A DNA stretch of 46,789 bases from Candidatus Zixiibacteriota bacterium. GTDB taxonomy: Bacteria; RBG-13-66-14; B26-G2; WVWN01. Below the pieces are notes generated by a model that worked only from the letters and a program-made list of their open reading frames with translations, made no database searches and was not told the origin of the DNA. Below are positions 1 through 10,298 of the stretch, in pieces. The stretch's first letter is position 1. Every line of letters starts with the position of its first letter. The translations under genes were made by a program, and so were the position numbers. Where the stretch lies: assembly GCA_050117845.1 (NCBI GenBank), contig JASFLY010000023.1, positions 1 to 46,789 on the forward strand. Direction: 5' to 3'.

Positions 1-1498
1 GGTCTTTATACCGCCAAGCCGAGTGACGGTAATAGGCCGGGAGCTCATGGTCCTGGGGCGTCGCGAGAAGCGTTCGGTAGAGGGCGCGGCGCTTGCGGCA
101 TATTTCGGTGTCGTACGTCTTTTCGGCTTTCTCCGCCGCGGCGACCGCTTCGCGGAAGAGATTACCGTAACCGCGAACGCTACGCGCCTCGCGGCCTTTC
201 ACGATTTCCTGCGCGGCGGTACTACCCAAAACAGCGAATAATTCTTCGCCGGATGTTGGCGGGCCCCCTTTCCCGTATGGAGATAAAGTTTTAAAAACCT
301 CGTTTTCGTAAAGCGTTGGCCTGGGTACTACCCTTAATCCTGCGTACTTGGCAGGGTCTGCAACCGCGGCCACCTCCGGGGTCGTAGCGTGCCGGGGCGG
401 GGGCAATTTCCGTAACGCCGCAAACGCTCTTTCCCTACGTGCGACGTTGCTTGCCAGTCGGTCGAACGAACCAAAGTGTCCAAGATACACCTTCCGGTAA
501 TCGACAATTCCAGCGTCGTCACTCGGCCCCATGAACTCGACGTACGGCGAGTTGAAGCCGGCGAGGGGGCTTTCCTCCGGCCCTATCGCCGCGTCGAGGG
601 CGGCGAGTATTAACGCTTGCATCGTCTCGCTTTCGTCGGATGCGCGAAAGGGGACGTCGTGGAGCCATGTTACCGCACGGTAAAAAGCGGGAAGCCCTAC
701 AGCCGGCCTTTCAAAGTACACCGGTTCACTTTCTTCATCTTCGATTCGCTCCGGCTCGCCGCCTTCCATATTGGGCGGAGGGGGTAAATCCCGACGCCAT
801 CCCCGATACTCGCCGGCGACGTAAGTTCGGTTCTCCGGTCCGTAACCTAGTTCTTCCGGCAGGCTGTACCCCTTTACGTAAAGGCCGCGCGGTTTGAACT
901 GGCTATAGTCGAGGCGGACCTTTCTCGTGGGAGACATGGCTGGTCCTTCCGCAGCGAGTATCAATTTAACCTCGCGTTTAACCTCGGGCGGGGTGCCTTT
1001 TGGGATGGTGCCGTTCCCGTTCATCCCGAGGAGTATTTCGGCTACCAGCAAATAACAGTCGAGGTCTTGGACAGCTTTTAAATAAACCGTATCAACGGCT
1101 CCAGGCCGGCGTGTCGCACGTTCTTCCGCGAGTCGGCCGCGAAGTTCTCCTAAAAGATTACGTAGCTTTCCCGCTTGTACTAACTCCAACCGGTAGACGC
1201 TCTCTTCCAAATTAATAAAATAGGCGTGGAGTGCCGAATCGGTCGTAATATAAGTAGGACGCTCACTCCGGATATAAAACGTACAAATCTGGCGATAAGT
1301 TTTATCGGTTACGACGAAGCCGTGTTCGCGAAGATAACGTAATTTTTCGGGCGTCCAGTCCTTGCCCAGGTACTCGACTTCGTCGAGTTCGTAAGCGAGG
1401 GGCGGCGAGTCGGGGAGGCCCTCCAACTCCAGCATTTCGCCGGAACGACACCCCGCCGCGGCCAGCATTAAGAAAATTATAAGCGTTACCCTCCGCAC
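1..1498 (-). CDS. DUF3160-like lipoprotein, tandem paralog of 1486..3666; runs off the left edge
   Basis: Hand translation from GTG at 1498 gives VRRVTLIIFLMLAAAGC...HGFVVTDKTYRQI...ITTDSALHAYFINLE...DYSQFKPRGLY, colinear with the upstream paralog; GGGAGG RBS. Absent from the ORF track, presumably because its stop lies outside the window. Confidence 0.8.
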   Translation of the reverse strand, partial: MRRVTLIIFLMLAAAGCRSGEMLELEGLPDSPPLAYELDEVEYLGKDWTPEKLRYLREHGFVVTDKTYRQICTFYIRSERPTYITTDSALHAYFINLEESVYRLELVQAGKLRNLLGELRGRLAEERATRRPGAVDTVYLKAVQDLDCYLLVAEILLGMNGNGTIPKGTPPEVKREVKLILAAEGPAMSPTRKVRLDYSQFKPRGLYVKGYSLPEELGYGPENRTYVAGEYRGWRRDLPPPPNMEGGEPERIEDEESEPVYFERPAVGLPAFYRAVTWLHDVPFRASDESETMQALILAALDAAIGPEESPLAGFNSPYVEFMGPSDDAGIVDYRKVYLGHFGSFDRLASNVARRERAFAALRKLPPPRHATTPEVAAVADPAKYAGLRVVPRPTLYENEVFKTLSPYGKGGPPTSGEELFAVLGSTAAQEIVKGREARSVRGYGNLFREAVAAAEKAEKTYDTEICRKRRALYRTLLATPQDHELPAYYRHSAWRYKD

Positions 1499-3666
1499 GT
1501 CTGCCTCCCGTTCAATTCAGCCCGGCTTAATTCGGACAGTTTATACTTCTCCTGCCATGCGGGCGCTATTAATTCGTCGTTGGCCGCTGACTTGAGCCAC
1601 CGCTCCTCGGTCATCTTACCTTCGCCCCACGCGGGACCCACCCAATCACGGTAGCTGAGGACGCCCCCCTGGGCGACGAATTTATAACCGCCGTATTCGC
1701 AGATGACGTAGATCGCGCGCGGTTTGCCTTGGCCGACTACTCGCTCGTTGCCGGTGTAGAGGTCCACGCCGAGGGGGGTGTGAAAAGCCGTCGGGGGTAG
1801 CTTACTGTCGTCACTCCAGCTTTCGCCGTAGAAACCGCAGAGGTCGGCCAAGATTTTGCCGTAATCTAGTAAGCCATAATATTCGAACCTACTTAGGGGT
1901 TCGCCCCGGAGTTGACGGGAGGCAATATCGGCGAGGGCCTCGGCGTAAAAGGCGATTTCCCCGAACCGATGGTTCCCTGCGCCGTGGCGGTCGAAGAAGC
2001 GGCCGGTCGCTCGGGAGAGCTCGGCCAACGCTTGGAAGAAGGCCACGTTGGGTTCCACTATGTCCGGGTTCGGGGTTAAGTAATTGCAGGCGCGATAATG
2101 CTCGGTTATTTTTGAGTGTAGGTTCCAAATGTAACGTTGGTGGGACCACCCGGCGAGACACGTATTTAGGTCTTTATACCGCCAAGCCGAGTGACGGTAA
2201 TAGGCCGGGAGCTCATGGTCCTGGGGCGTCGCGAGAAGCGTTCGGTAGAGGGCGCGGCGCTTGCGGCATATTTCGGTGTCGTACGTCTTTTCGGCCTTCT
2301 CCGCCGCTGTGACCGCCGCGGGGAACAGCTTATCGTAGCCCGGGACGCGACGCGCCTCGCGCCCTTTCACTACCTCTTGAGCCGCGCGGCTCCCCATCGC
2401 CGCGAAGAGTTCCTCGCCCGAAGGCATGACCCTTCCCAACCCGAAGGGCCCTAAAGTCCCGAGAATTTCGTTTTCGTATAAAGCCGGCCGCGGTATGAAA
2501 CGGAATCCCGCGTACAGAGACGGGTCCTTTACAGCCGCCACGTCCGGTATAGTCGTATGGCGCGGGGGGCGTAAATCCCGGACTGCCGCGAAAGCCTTTT
2601 TCCGACATTCCTCGTCGCGCGCCAAACGGTCCGACGAGCCGACGTGTGCGAGATATACCTTCCGGTATTCGGACATACCCGGGTCGTCGCCCGGCCCCAG
2701 GAACTCCACGTACGGCGCATTGAACGCGGCGACCGGGCTTTCCCCCGGCCCCAGCGCGATATCTATGGCCGCGAGATACAGCGCCTGCAACGTCTCGTTT
2801 TCGTCGGATACGCGGAACGGTACCTCACGGAGCCACGTCACGGCGCGGTAGTAGTTTTTTAATCTACGGGTATCGTTTCCGATTTCCTTTACGCGCGTCT
2901 CGTACTCGTCCGGTTCTAATAGCGCCAACATGAATCCGGGAATCGCGCTTTTTTTGGCGTAAAGGCCGCGTGGTTTGAAACGACCGTAATCGAGGGGAAC
3001 CCCTCTCAGGGGGGACACAGCCGGCCCTTGTGCCGCGAGTATTAACTCGATTTCGCCCGCTACCTCGGGCGGGGTACCCTTCGGAATGTTGGATTTCTTA
3101 TCTACGTAAGTGAGCGCTTCGGCCACTAATAAATAATCGTCGAGGTCGCGAGCCGCCTTTTTCCAAACCCGGTCTCCGAACGCAAGGCGATATTTCGTAC
3201 TTTCTTTCGCGAGCCGGCGGCGGAGTTTTTTCAAGAGCTCGGGCAATTTCTCGGCTTGCGCCAACTCCAACTCCTGTAGGGCGTATTCCAAATTTATAAA
3301 ATAGGCGTAAAGAGCGGAATCGGTAGTAATGAACGCGCCGCCAATGCCGACGGTGTAAAATGAAAATATCTGGTTGTAGGTTTCGTCCGTAACGACGAAG
3401 CCGTGGTCGCGTAATAGACGGCGTTGTTCCGGCGTTCCCCAGTCGGGGCCGAGGTTTTTTACCGTCGATAAATCGTACCCGAGGGAGGGCGAATCCTCCA
3501 ACCCGACCAGGCCGGGGACGTCGACCGGCGGCAGTTCCGGATACGCTTCGTCGGCGTTTTTAAACTCGTTCGGAGGCCACGACCCGAAACTCTCCTCCGG
3601 CGCACGCTGTTTATGGCACCCCGCCGCGGCCAACGTTATCATAATTACTACCGTTACCCTCTTCAC
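1486..3666 (-). CDS. DUF3160-like lipoprotein
   Basis: 726 aa; lipobox LAAAGC; motifs FITTDS, DYGRFKPRGLY, YYRAVTWL, LNTCLAGWS, VEPN, GGVLSY resemble DUF3160. Confidence 0.75.
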   Translation of the reverse strand: MKRVTVVIMITLAAAGCHKQRAPEESFGSWPPNEFKNADEAYPELPPVDVPGLVGLEDSPSLGYDLSTVKNLGPDWGTPEQRRLLRDHGFVVTDETYNQIFSFYTVGIGGAFITTDSALYAYFINLEYALQELELAQAEKLPELLKKLRRRLAKESTKYRLAFGDRVWKKAARDLDDYLLVAEALTYVDKKSNIPKGTPPEVAGEIELILAAQGPAVSPLRGVPLDYGRFKPRGLYAKKSAIPGFMLALLEPDEYETRVKEIGNDTRRLKNYYRAVTWLREVPFRVSDENETLQALYLAAIDIALGPGESPVAAFNAPYVEFLGPGDDPGMSEYRKVYLAHVGSSDRLARDEECRKKAFAAVRDLRPPRHTTIPDVAAVKDPSLYAGFRFIPRPALYENEILGTLGPFGLGRVMPSGEELFAAMGSRAAQEVVKGREARRVPGYDKLFPAAVTAAEKAEKTYDTEICRKRRALYRTLLATPQDHELPAYYRHSAWRYKDLNTCLAGWSHQRYIWNLHSKITEHYRACNYLTPNPDIVEPNVAFFQALAELSRATGRFFDRHGAGNHRFGEIAFYAEALADIASRQLRGEPLSRFEYYGLLDYGKILADLCGFYGESWSDDSKLPPTAFHTPLGVDLYTGNERVVGQGKPRAIYVICEYGGYKFVAQGGVLSYRDWVGPAWGEGKMTEERWLKSAANDELIAPAWQEKYKLSELSRAELNGRQTCGG

Positions 3667-3680
3667 GTTTACCTCCCTGT

Positions 3681-4757
3681 CTATTCCGCCGGCCCGAGTG
3701 TCTCCGGATAGCGGGCCAACGCCTCCCGCGTCTCCTCCGGGACGTCTTTTAGGAACTCGGTCCCGGCGAACGCCGCGTCGACCAGGGCCCGGTTGGCCTC
3801 GTACGTGTAGTCGACGAATTTACCCGTCACGTCGCCGCCGCCCGCGGCGTTCATGTCGTAAACCCTAACCGGCGTTGCCGGCGAAAAGTCGAACTCCCCG
3901 GCGTTGTACCAGCGTGTTTCCATGTTGTCCCTCGTCCGCCAATAGACCCGGCCCTCCGCGACGTCGTACACGATACGCCATTGGGAGTAGTCCGGTATAG
4001 CGACGCCGTCCAGTACGTCGCCGGCGTAGTCCGCCGCGGTCGCCGAGTCCATAAAGTCGATATTGTACCCGGCCGCTCTGAGCGCCGCGCGCGTAAAACG
4101 TACGCGCGAGCCGAAACCCGCGATATCTTCCGGCGTCCCCTCCTCTTCGTACAAGTGAAGGAAAGATAGCGAGTCGTAGTACGTGCTATTGGCCAGCGCC
4201 CGGAACGGGAGGTCGACGTCTCCGGTGGAGACTACGGCCTTACCGTCCAGGAATTCGACTACCGCACAACCGCCGGCCGCGTCCGCGACGAAGTAGTGTA
4301 TCCGCGCCGTGTCGCCGGCTATTCTAACGCTTTCCAGCGCCACGACGACCTCCTTCGCGGTGGCGCAGGTGTCGAGCATGTACTGCACCCATTGCAGGCA
4401 GTCGAGGGCAGGCCGCTCGTCGGGCGCGGGGTAGGCCGATTCGTCGAGCCATAGCACTTCTAGAACAAGACCCTTTTCGTTTATCCCTCCCACCGGGAGC
4501 TCGCGGCCGTACTGGTTGAACGTAACGCTGCCGTACGTCGAGGTCCAACGGGCCGGGTTGTCGTCACCGACCAGGGCCACCTTTTCCATCCCTCGTTTAT
4601 TAACTACGACGAGGCCCGCGCTCACCGTCCAGTCGTAACCCTTGCCGACGACCGCCTCGTCGCGGCTATGGATAAAGAATGCCGTACACGGCGATGCCCC
4701 TGATGCCAGGGCCAGTCCCGCGATTATTAGGGCGAAGGCGAAATTCCGGATTCGCAT
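3681..4757 (-). CDS. Linear amide C-N hydrolase (choloylglycine hydrolase/penicillin V acylase family), exported
   Basis: Signal peptide then Ntn nucleophile CTAF; GKGYDW, GINEKGL, WVQYMLD, S-x-x-RF motifs. Confidence 0.85.
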   Translation of the reverse strand: MRIRNFAFALIIAGLALASGASPCTAFFIHSRDEAVVGKGYDWTVSAGLVVVNKRGMEKVALVGDDNPARWTSTYGSVTFNQYGRELPVGGINEKGLVLEVLWLDESAYPAPDERPALDCLQWVQYMLDTCATAKEVVVALESVRIAGDTARIHYFVADAAGGCAVVEFLDGKAVVSTGDVDLPFRALANSTYYDSLSFLHLYEEEGTPEDIAGFGSRVRFTRAALRAAGYNIDFMDSATAADYAGDVLDGVAIPDYSQWRIVYDVAEGRVYWRTRDNMETRWYNAGEFDFSPATPVRVYDMNAAGGGDVTGKFVDYTYEANRALVDAAFAGTEFLKDVPEETREALARYPETLGPAE

Positions 4758-4768
4758 TCCGATACCTC

Positions 4769-5167
4769 CTATCCTTTAAACGCCCGCCGGTACCCGGCCA
4801 ACGGTACGTAATTGAGAACGGCGACGACGAGGGCTATCCAGGAGAATGGGTTAGACCGCATATTTATTACGGCGCCGACGCCCATTAGGATTACGAACCA
4901 GGCCGCGATGGTAGCTACGCCGTATCCCCACTTCTCGCCCCGGCCCAGCGCCCGGGCGCTACGGACCGTGAGGATGCCGGCGAGAACCAACACCAGGCCC
5001 GCGGCCACGTACATATAAACAAACGCCCGGGCATCCGCCTCCGGGAGTTCGTTCCAACCCTGATCGTAAACGAGGGGCGTCATGCCTACGTGGAGTAGGC
5101 CGAGGAGGGTAACCAGTATCCCAGTTATTAAAAGCCACGTACTGCCGATCTTACGTCCGCTTGCCAT
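4769..5167 (-). CDS. Small integral membrane protein (about 4 TM)
   Basis: 132 aa, four hydrophobic segments, AGGTG RBS. Confidence 0.7.
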   Translation of the reverse strand: MASGRKIGSTWLLITGILVTLLGLLHVGMTPLVYDQGWNELPEADARAFVYMYVAAGLVLVLAGILTVRSARALGRGEKWGYGVATIAAWFVILMGVGAVINMRSNPFSWIALVVAVLNYVPLAGYRRAFKG

Positions 5168-5279
5168 AAAAACTCACCTTTACCTCATCAGGAAACCGAG
5201 TGGATAATATTATTCTATAAAGAAATGGGGGGCCGCGAAACCCCCATTTTAAACAACCGGCGAATATGCGCAACTCCTG

Positions 5280-6401
5280 TTAGCGGAACTCGCCACAGAC
5301 GAGGTGGCCGCCTTCGACGACGAAATAAACGGCGTTCTCGGTGGCGGTCAGGCCGGTACTATATTCCCCGGGAATTGGCACCGCGGCGCCCCGGCCCGAC
5401 CGGATGTCCAATAAGTGGATATCCTTGCCCGACGCCAGGTAAACGTGGCCGTCGCCGAAGGCGACGCCGCCGAACGACGGCGCGTCGTACGTCCATTTAA
5501 CTTTTCCGTTCCGGGTGGAAAGGCAAACCGCGCGGCCTGCGTTCTCGCTGCTCGGGCCCTCGGTCGTTTCCTCCAGTACGAGGATGGCGTCGAACGCGAA
5601 GACGACACGGCCGTCGTGGACGTACGGCTCGACGACCAAACGGTCGTTCCAGACATTCTCCAGGGCCGGGCTCGACCATCGCACCTCGCCGTTCCTTTCG
5701 TCCAGCGCCAGGAAGTCCTCGGTAGGAGTCCCGGTTAAAACCTTGCCTCCGTGCACCGCGACCGGGTCGTAATAATTCCCTCCGGCGTACGAGGTCGTCT
5801 CGTACGTCCAAAGCTTGTCGCCCGTCCCCGCGTCCAGCGCGAAGACGTGCGTCCCGGCCTGAACGAAAACCCGGCCGTCGTTCACGACGGGTTTCGCCCA
5901 GACCTCGGCTCCCTCTTCCAACCGGGTGGACCATACTACCTCGCGCCCGGCGAGGTTTATAGCGTAGACTTTCTCGCCGGCACCGCAGTACAGGACGTCC
6001 TCCTCCACGGTCAAGGGCGAGTAAATCCGGTCGGGGATTTCCGTGCGCCACGTTTCTTTTCCGTTCCGGGCGTCCATGGCGAGCAGCAATCCTTCCCAGT
6101 TGCCGGCGAGTATCAGGTCATTGTAGAAGCATATCGTGTCGGATGACCCGGCCGCCAGGTCCCGGTCCCAACGGACGGCGCCGTCGGCCGGATCAAGGGA
6201 GTAGACGCGGTTGCCGTCGACCATAATCGCGATGCCCGCGGCCCCTTCGATTACGGTGCAGCGACGCACGTCGCCGACGTCGGCCCGCCAACGCTCCTCG
6301 AACGTGCGGGGCGTAGGCGCGCCGCAGGAGCCGAGCGCCCCGATAATTAGGACTGCCATGATATATAACCCGCTATTATGGTATTTCGCTTTGGACGGCA
6401 T
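5280..6401 (-). CDS. PQQ-binding-like (BamB-type) beta-propeller lipoprotein
   Basis: Repeated ALDxxxGxxxW motifs; lipobox LGSC; likely start ATG 6401 after AAAGGA rather than 6524. Confidence 0.8.
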   Translation of the reverse strand: MPSKAKYHNSGLYIMAVLIIGALGSCGAPTPRTFEERWRADVGDVRRCTVIEGAAGIAIMVDGNRVYSLDPADGAVRWDRDLAAGSSDTICFYNDLILAGNWEGLLLAMDARNGKETWRTEIPDRIYSPLTVEEDVLYCGAGEKVYAINLAGREVVWSTRLEEGAEVWAKPVVNDGRVFVQAGTHVFALDAGTGDKLWTYETTSYAGGNYYDPVAVHGGKVLTGTPTEDFLALDERNGEVRWSSPALENVWNDRLVVEPYVHDGRVVFAFDAILVLEETTEGPSSENAGRAVCLSTRNGKVKWTYDAPSFGGVAFGDGHVYLASGKDIHLLDIRSGRGAAVPIPGEYSTGLTATENAVYFVVEGGHLVCGEFR

Positions 6402-6475
6402 ATGTCCTTTTCGTATTCGTCGTAACGTATAATAACGGTGGAGGGGATTCGCGGACGGGCGTTCCCTGTAGCCTT

Positions 6476-7132
6476 TTATTCTTCTTTGAACCGCCACTCG
6501 AAGCCGCGGCGGCAGTCTTCGCATAGTAAGATAAGTTTAATGGATATCGGATCAGCTGCCTTATAAGGATTATTGAATTCTACGGCGTACGTTTTTTTCG
6601 AACGTATAATTAGTGGCCCTAACCCGGCTTGGTATAAAGCTAGCAAGAGCGCTTCCTCGAACGCGGATTCGCAAAATTCGATTTTAGTGGGGGCGATTTT
6701 TTCCCCGTTCGCGTCCAATGATACGTCCCAGTAAACCCGATTCGAAAGCCGGGCATGTCTTTCTTCGTCGGCGAGGACTGTAACAATGAAATATAAGTTA
6801 TTATTGAAGTTCTCACTCGCTTTTTCCAATTCGGTAGCGAACTCCTCGCAATCTAAGCACCCTCCCACGAGAGAGTCGTAAAGTACGGTATACATAAATT
6901 CCCACGATACGTACGTCGCGGTTATCTCGTATATATCATCTCCACGGGACGTACTCCAAGAAAGCGTATACTTTTCGGTGATCCCTGACGGGTCGCCCAC
7001 TGAGGACGCCGTTTCGTTCCCCGGCGTTAAGTATGTAAGGTCTTTGGCGCGTTTCCATTTAACGTCGTCGCCCGCTCCGGCGGCCGTTGCTATAAATGCG
7101 ATTAAGATCCACGCTATAGTTAATTGCTTCAA
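6476..7132 (-). CDS. Exported hypothetical protein
   Basis: 218 aa with signal peptide (AAGA); two CxxC motifs. Confidence 0.65.
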   Translation of the reverse strand: MKQLTIAWILIAFIATAAGAGDDVKWKRAKDLTYLTPGNETASSVGDPSGITEKYTLSWSTSRGDDIYEITATYVSWEFMYTVLYDSLVGGCLDCEEFATELEKASENFNNNLYFIVTVLADEERHARLSNRVYWDVSLDANGEKIAPTKIEFCESAFEEALLLALYQAGLGPLIIRSKKTYAVEFNNPYKAADPISIKLILLCEDCRRGFEWRFKEE

Positions 7133-7144
7133 TCCTACCTCCCG

Positions 7145-8200
7145 TCACAACCATTTCTTAACCTTGAAGAATATAAACATCGCGCCGGCGACGCCGAGCA
7201 TCACAAGCCAAACCACCAGGTAACTCCATTGCCACCCGAGTTCCGGCATATACCTGAAATTCATTCCGTATACGCCGGCGATGAACGTGAGCGGAATGAA
7301 GACCGTCGCGATAATCGTCAGGACTTTCATCACTTCGTTCATCTTATTGCTCACGGTTGAGATGTAAAGGTCGAGCATCCCCGAGAGGACGTCGCGGTAC
7401 GTCTCCACCGCGTCTATCACCTGGATCGTATGGTCGTAAACGTCGCGCAGGAATACGGCGGTGCCTTCGCTAACCAGGGAAATATCGTCTCGGCCGAGGG
7501 AATTGACCACTTCCCGGAGGGGCCACACCGATTTCCGCAGGAGGATCATTTCGCGCTTAAGGCTGTGGATCCGGCGTAGCGTTTCGGGCGTGGGGTTTTG
7601 CGTCAACTCGTCCTCGAGGTCGGCGACGCGTTCGCCTACCTGTTCGAGGATCACGAAGTAGTTATCGACGACGGCGTCGATTATTGCGTAAGCGAGGTAA
7701 TCGGCGCCTCGTTTCCTTATGCGTCCCTTGGCGGAACGGAGGCGGCCGCGGATGAGGTCGAAGACGTCGCCCGCGCGTTCCTGGAACGATAATACGTAAT
7801 CCGGCCCCAGCACCAGGCTGACTTGTTCGGTGCGTATCGCGCCATTATCGAGGTAGAGCATTTTTAGGACGACGAAAAGGTACGAACCGTAATCCTCGAT
7901 TTTGGGCCGCTGTTCCGTATTGGCGATATCCTCGATGACGAGGTCGTGGAGGTCGAAGCAGGCGCCGAGTTGGGCGAGGACGTCCGTTCGCTCGAGGCCG
8001 TCGACGTTGACCCAGGTTACGCTCGGTTTATCGCGGAAGGGGGCACATTCGGCGGCGCTGTCAACCTCGCTTTCGTACAATTCGGCTTCGTTATAATCGA
8101 TAACCGTTATTTCGGCCGCCCCGGCCGCGGCCTCGTCCGTCAGCGCGAGGGTGCCGGGCGATTGGCCGGCTTTCTTCGACGTCTTTCCGAAAAAGCGCAA
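7145..8200 (-). CDS. corA: Magnesium/cobalt transporter CorA
   Basis: YGMNF signature, MPEL loop, QRPKIEDY, two C-terminal TM helices. Confidence 0.95.
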   Translation of the reverse strand: MRFFGKTSKKAGQSPGTLALTDEAAAGAAEITVIDYNEAELYESEVDSAAECAPFRDKPSVTWVNVDGLERTDVLAQLGACFDLHDLVIEDIANTEQRPKIEDYGSYLFVVLKMLYLDNGAIRTEQVSLVLGPDYVLSFQERAGDVFDLIRGRLRSAKGRIRKRGADYLAYAIIDAVVDNYFVILEQVGERVADLEDELTQNPTPETLRRIHSLKREMILLRKSVWPLREVVNSLGRDDISLVSEGTAVFLRDVYDHTIQVIDAVETYRDVLSGMLDLYISTVSNKMNEVMKVLTIIATVFIPLTFIAGVYGMNFRYMPELGWQWSYLVVWLVMLGVAGAMFIFFKVKKWL

Positions 8201-8268
8201 ACTACCTCTCTACGAAGTAAAAACGCCCGGCCCGCCGCCGTGGTGGCGGTTGGGACCGGGCTCGAATG

Positions 8269-8342
8269 TACGCCGGACAGGATTCGAACCTGCGACCTAC
8301 GGCTCCGGAGGCCGTCGCTCTATCCAACTGAGCTACCGGCGC
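8269..8342 (-). tRNA. tRNA-Arg(CCG)
   Basis: GCGCCGG/CCGGCGT acceptor, TAGCTCAGTTGGATAGAGC D arm, ACGGC-CT-CCG-GA-GCCGT anticodon arm, GGTTCGAATCC T arm; CCA not encoded. Confidence 0.95.
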
Positions 8343-8346
8343 ATTA

Positions 8347-8424
8347 TGGGGTGGGCGAGGGGAGTCGAACCCCCAACCTCCAGATCCACAGTCTGGCGCT
8401 CTCACCAGCTGAGCTACGCCCACC
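8347..8424 (-). tRNA. tRNA-His(GTG)
   Basis: G-1 plus GTGGGCG acceptor, CCAGA-CT-GTG-GA-TCTGG anticodon arm, GGTTCGACTCC, encoded CCA. Confidence 0.95.
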
Positions 8425-8435
8425 ATTGACTCTAT

Positions 8436-8464
8436 AATATAACTAATTTCGCCCCGCTTGTAAA
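8436..8464 (-). promoter_or_regulatory. Putative sigma70 promoter for the tRNA-His/tRNA-Arg/corA run
   Basis: TTTACA-N17-TATATT on the minus strand just upstream of tRNA-His. Confidence 0.55.
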
Positions 8465-8484
8465 GAGGTAGCAGCGACGGGGGA

Positions 8485-8517
8485 TAAAAAAGCGCCGCCC
8501 CGGGACGGGGGCGGCGC
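8485..8517 (-). terminator. Rho-independent terminator after 8537..9295
   Basis: GCGCCGCCCC...GGGGCGGCGC stem followed by a T run on the minus strand. Confidence 0.7.
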
Positions 8518-8536
8518 CGGTTAAATCGGCCTTCGC

Positions 8537-9295
8537 TTATTGGTAAAGGGCTCTAACTTTACCGAGCGAGGCCGGTGCGACGTTAACGTTGGCCGGGCAA
8601 TCGATGCGATAGATATACCCGTTGGTACAACCGATGAACAACTGCGAATTATAATACGCCATGCCGTACGAAGTCGAAGGCGGCGCCGGGAACGAAGCCA
8701 CGATCGAAGTAAAACCGTCGGCCGAATAACCGTATATATCGGGTCCGTACGCGCCCCACAGCAAGTCGTTGCGGTGGTCGTACGTTATGTCCCGGTAATC
8801 GGAAAGCGGCATAGTAAACGAGGAGAGGACGCTCCCGTTGGTCAAACTGTGCCGCCAGGTATAACTGGGGTCGCTGTCGCTGACAAAGACGGCGGTCGCG
8901 CCCGCGCCCCCGTCTCCGGTCTGTTGCGGCGCCAGGCCATAGGGGTCGTGGGAAATAGGGAACGAATGGATTACCGATCCCGTCAGCCAGTTGCAATCGT
9001 AGAGGGTGTCGTTGTTGTAGGAGCCTACCCAGATATGGCCGCCGCTGGTATACGCGAGGCCACGATTACTGGACGACGACGGTACGTTCCAGGAACCGTA
9101 GACAGAACCATTCGTCGGATGAATGTGGTATACGGCGTTCGGATGGACCAGGACGTGGATGTACGTCCCCGAATGCGCCATGCCGCGTATGTTATTCGTC
9201 GGCGCCTGGAAGGAGCTTACGATACTCCCCATGGCGGCGAAGGATACGCCCACCGCACATAACAGCGTTAAGGTTATTAAAAAAGTCCGGTTCAT
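8537..9295 (-). CDS. Exported beta-propeller-like protein with C-terminal VAPASLGKVRALY motif
   Basis: Signal peptide; repeated GS-I/V-x-x-SF and GLAY/GMAY units. Confidence 0.75.
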   Translation of the reverse strand: MNRTFLITLTLLCAVGVSFAAMGSIVSSFQAPTNNIRGMAHSGTYIHVLVHPNAVYHIHPTNGSVYGSWNVPSSSSNRGLAYTSGGHIWVGSYNNDTLYDCNWLTGSVIHSFPISHDPYGLAPQQTGDGGAGATAVFVSDSDPSYTWRHSLTNGSVLSSFTMPLSDYRDITYDHRNDLLWGAYGPDIYGYSADGFTSIVASFPAPPSTSYGMAYYNSQLFIGCTNGYIYRIDCPANVNVAPASLGKVRALYQ

Positions 9296-9419
9296 TGCCG
9301 CTTCCTTTCCTTGGTAACGTGATTATTATAAGTTTTTCGTCGCTTTCTTTTTCTATGGCCTACAAGGAGGCGCCGGTTATTTCGACCAAGTCGCCGTTTT
9401 ATGGGGGGGATTCGTCCCG

Positions 9420-9956
9420 TCATTTAAACGCGACTACATCAAGGAACCAGTCCTCCGAACGATAACGGGAAAAGTCGACGTCCGTCGCCGCTATAACGTT
9501 AAGGCGGCTATCCAGTTCGATGGCTTTTTCGAGGAATTTCCGGCATTGCTTGACGTCGTCTCTGGCGGCCCAGTAGCACGCGAAATTGTAGATGTTGCCG
9601 GGGATGTCGGGGCCGTATTTTACCGATAGTTTAAATGCCTTCTCCGCCTCCTCCAACCTGCCCATAGCTTGGAAACATACCGCTTGGGCGTTATAAGCGT
9701 AGGGGCTATCCGGGTCTCGCCGGGCAATTCGGAAAGCCACCTCAAGGGCTTCGTCGTAACGGCCGAGGCGGGTTAGGGCAACACTACGCCCCAACAAGGC
9801 TCGAACCTCGTCGGGGTTAATGTCCGCCGATTCTTCGAACGCCCGTAACGCATTTTGGTATTGGCCGGATCGTAAAAAATCGATTCCAAACATCAACAGC
9901 GTTTGAGCCCGTATTAGGCGGAGCTTTTCGTGCCCGGTAATTGGTTCCGTATACAT
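9420..9956 (-). CDS. TPR-repeat protein
   Basis: Tandem TPR helices and a C-terminal YNFACY...AIELD...DVDF motif. Confidence 0.85.
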   Translation of the reverse strand: MYTEPITGHEKLRLIRAQTLLMFGIDFLRSGQYQNALRAFEESADINPDEVRALLGRSVALTRLGRYDEALEVAFRIARRDPDSPYAYNAQAVCFQAMGRLEEAEKAFKLSVKYGPDIPGNIYNFACYWAARDDVKQCRKFLEKAIELDSRLNVIAATDVDFSRYRSEDWFLDVVAFK

Positions 9957-10239
9957 TACCTTTGCTCCTATCGCTATCTATTACGGGGCCTGGCTGACGT
10001 CGTAGGTCTGAGCTTCCTGCTTTCGGCGGAAAGGCGTTTATTAAGTTGTTTCCCCTTATTACCGGTCGAATAATAGCCTTACTTCAGTGTAACCCCGATG
10101 ATCCTAGTTCCATTGTATTTTTCGATAAGAAAACTTCCAACTGAATCCATTTATATATATAATCGATTTTTCCAAGATTAAAGTGCTCAAAAGGGGTCCA
10201 GAGCGCCGAATATGAACCATTTTGACCGGATAATTGTAA

Positions 10240-10263
10240 AAACCGGCACCCGTAAGGTGCCGG
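10240..10263 (-). terminator. Terminator after the HTH-PAS gene
   Basis: CCGGCACC-loop-GGTGCCGG followed by TTTTT on the minus strand. Confidence 0.6.
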
Positions 10264-10298
10264 CGATATCTTTTCGGTAATCCTGCGCGCTTATTAGG

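Noticed and set aside
23..1215. Short ORFs in the first 1.2 kb, suggesting a pseudogene
   Set aside because: They overlap the minus-strand DUF3160-like paralog that runs off the window edge.
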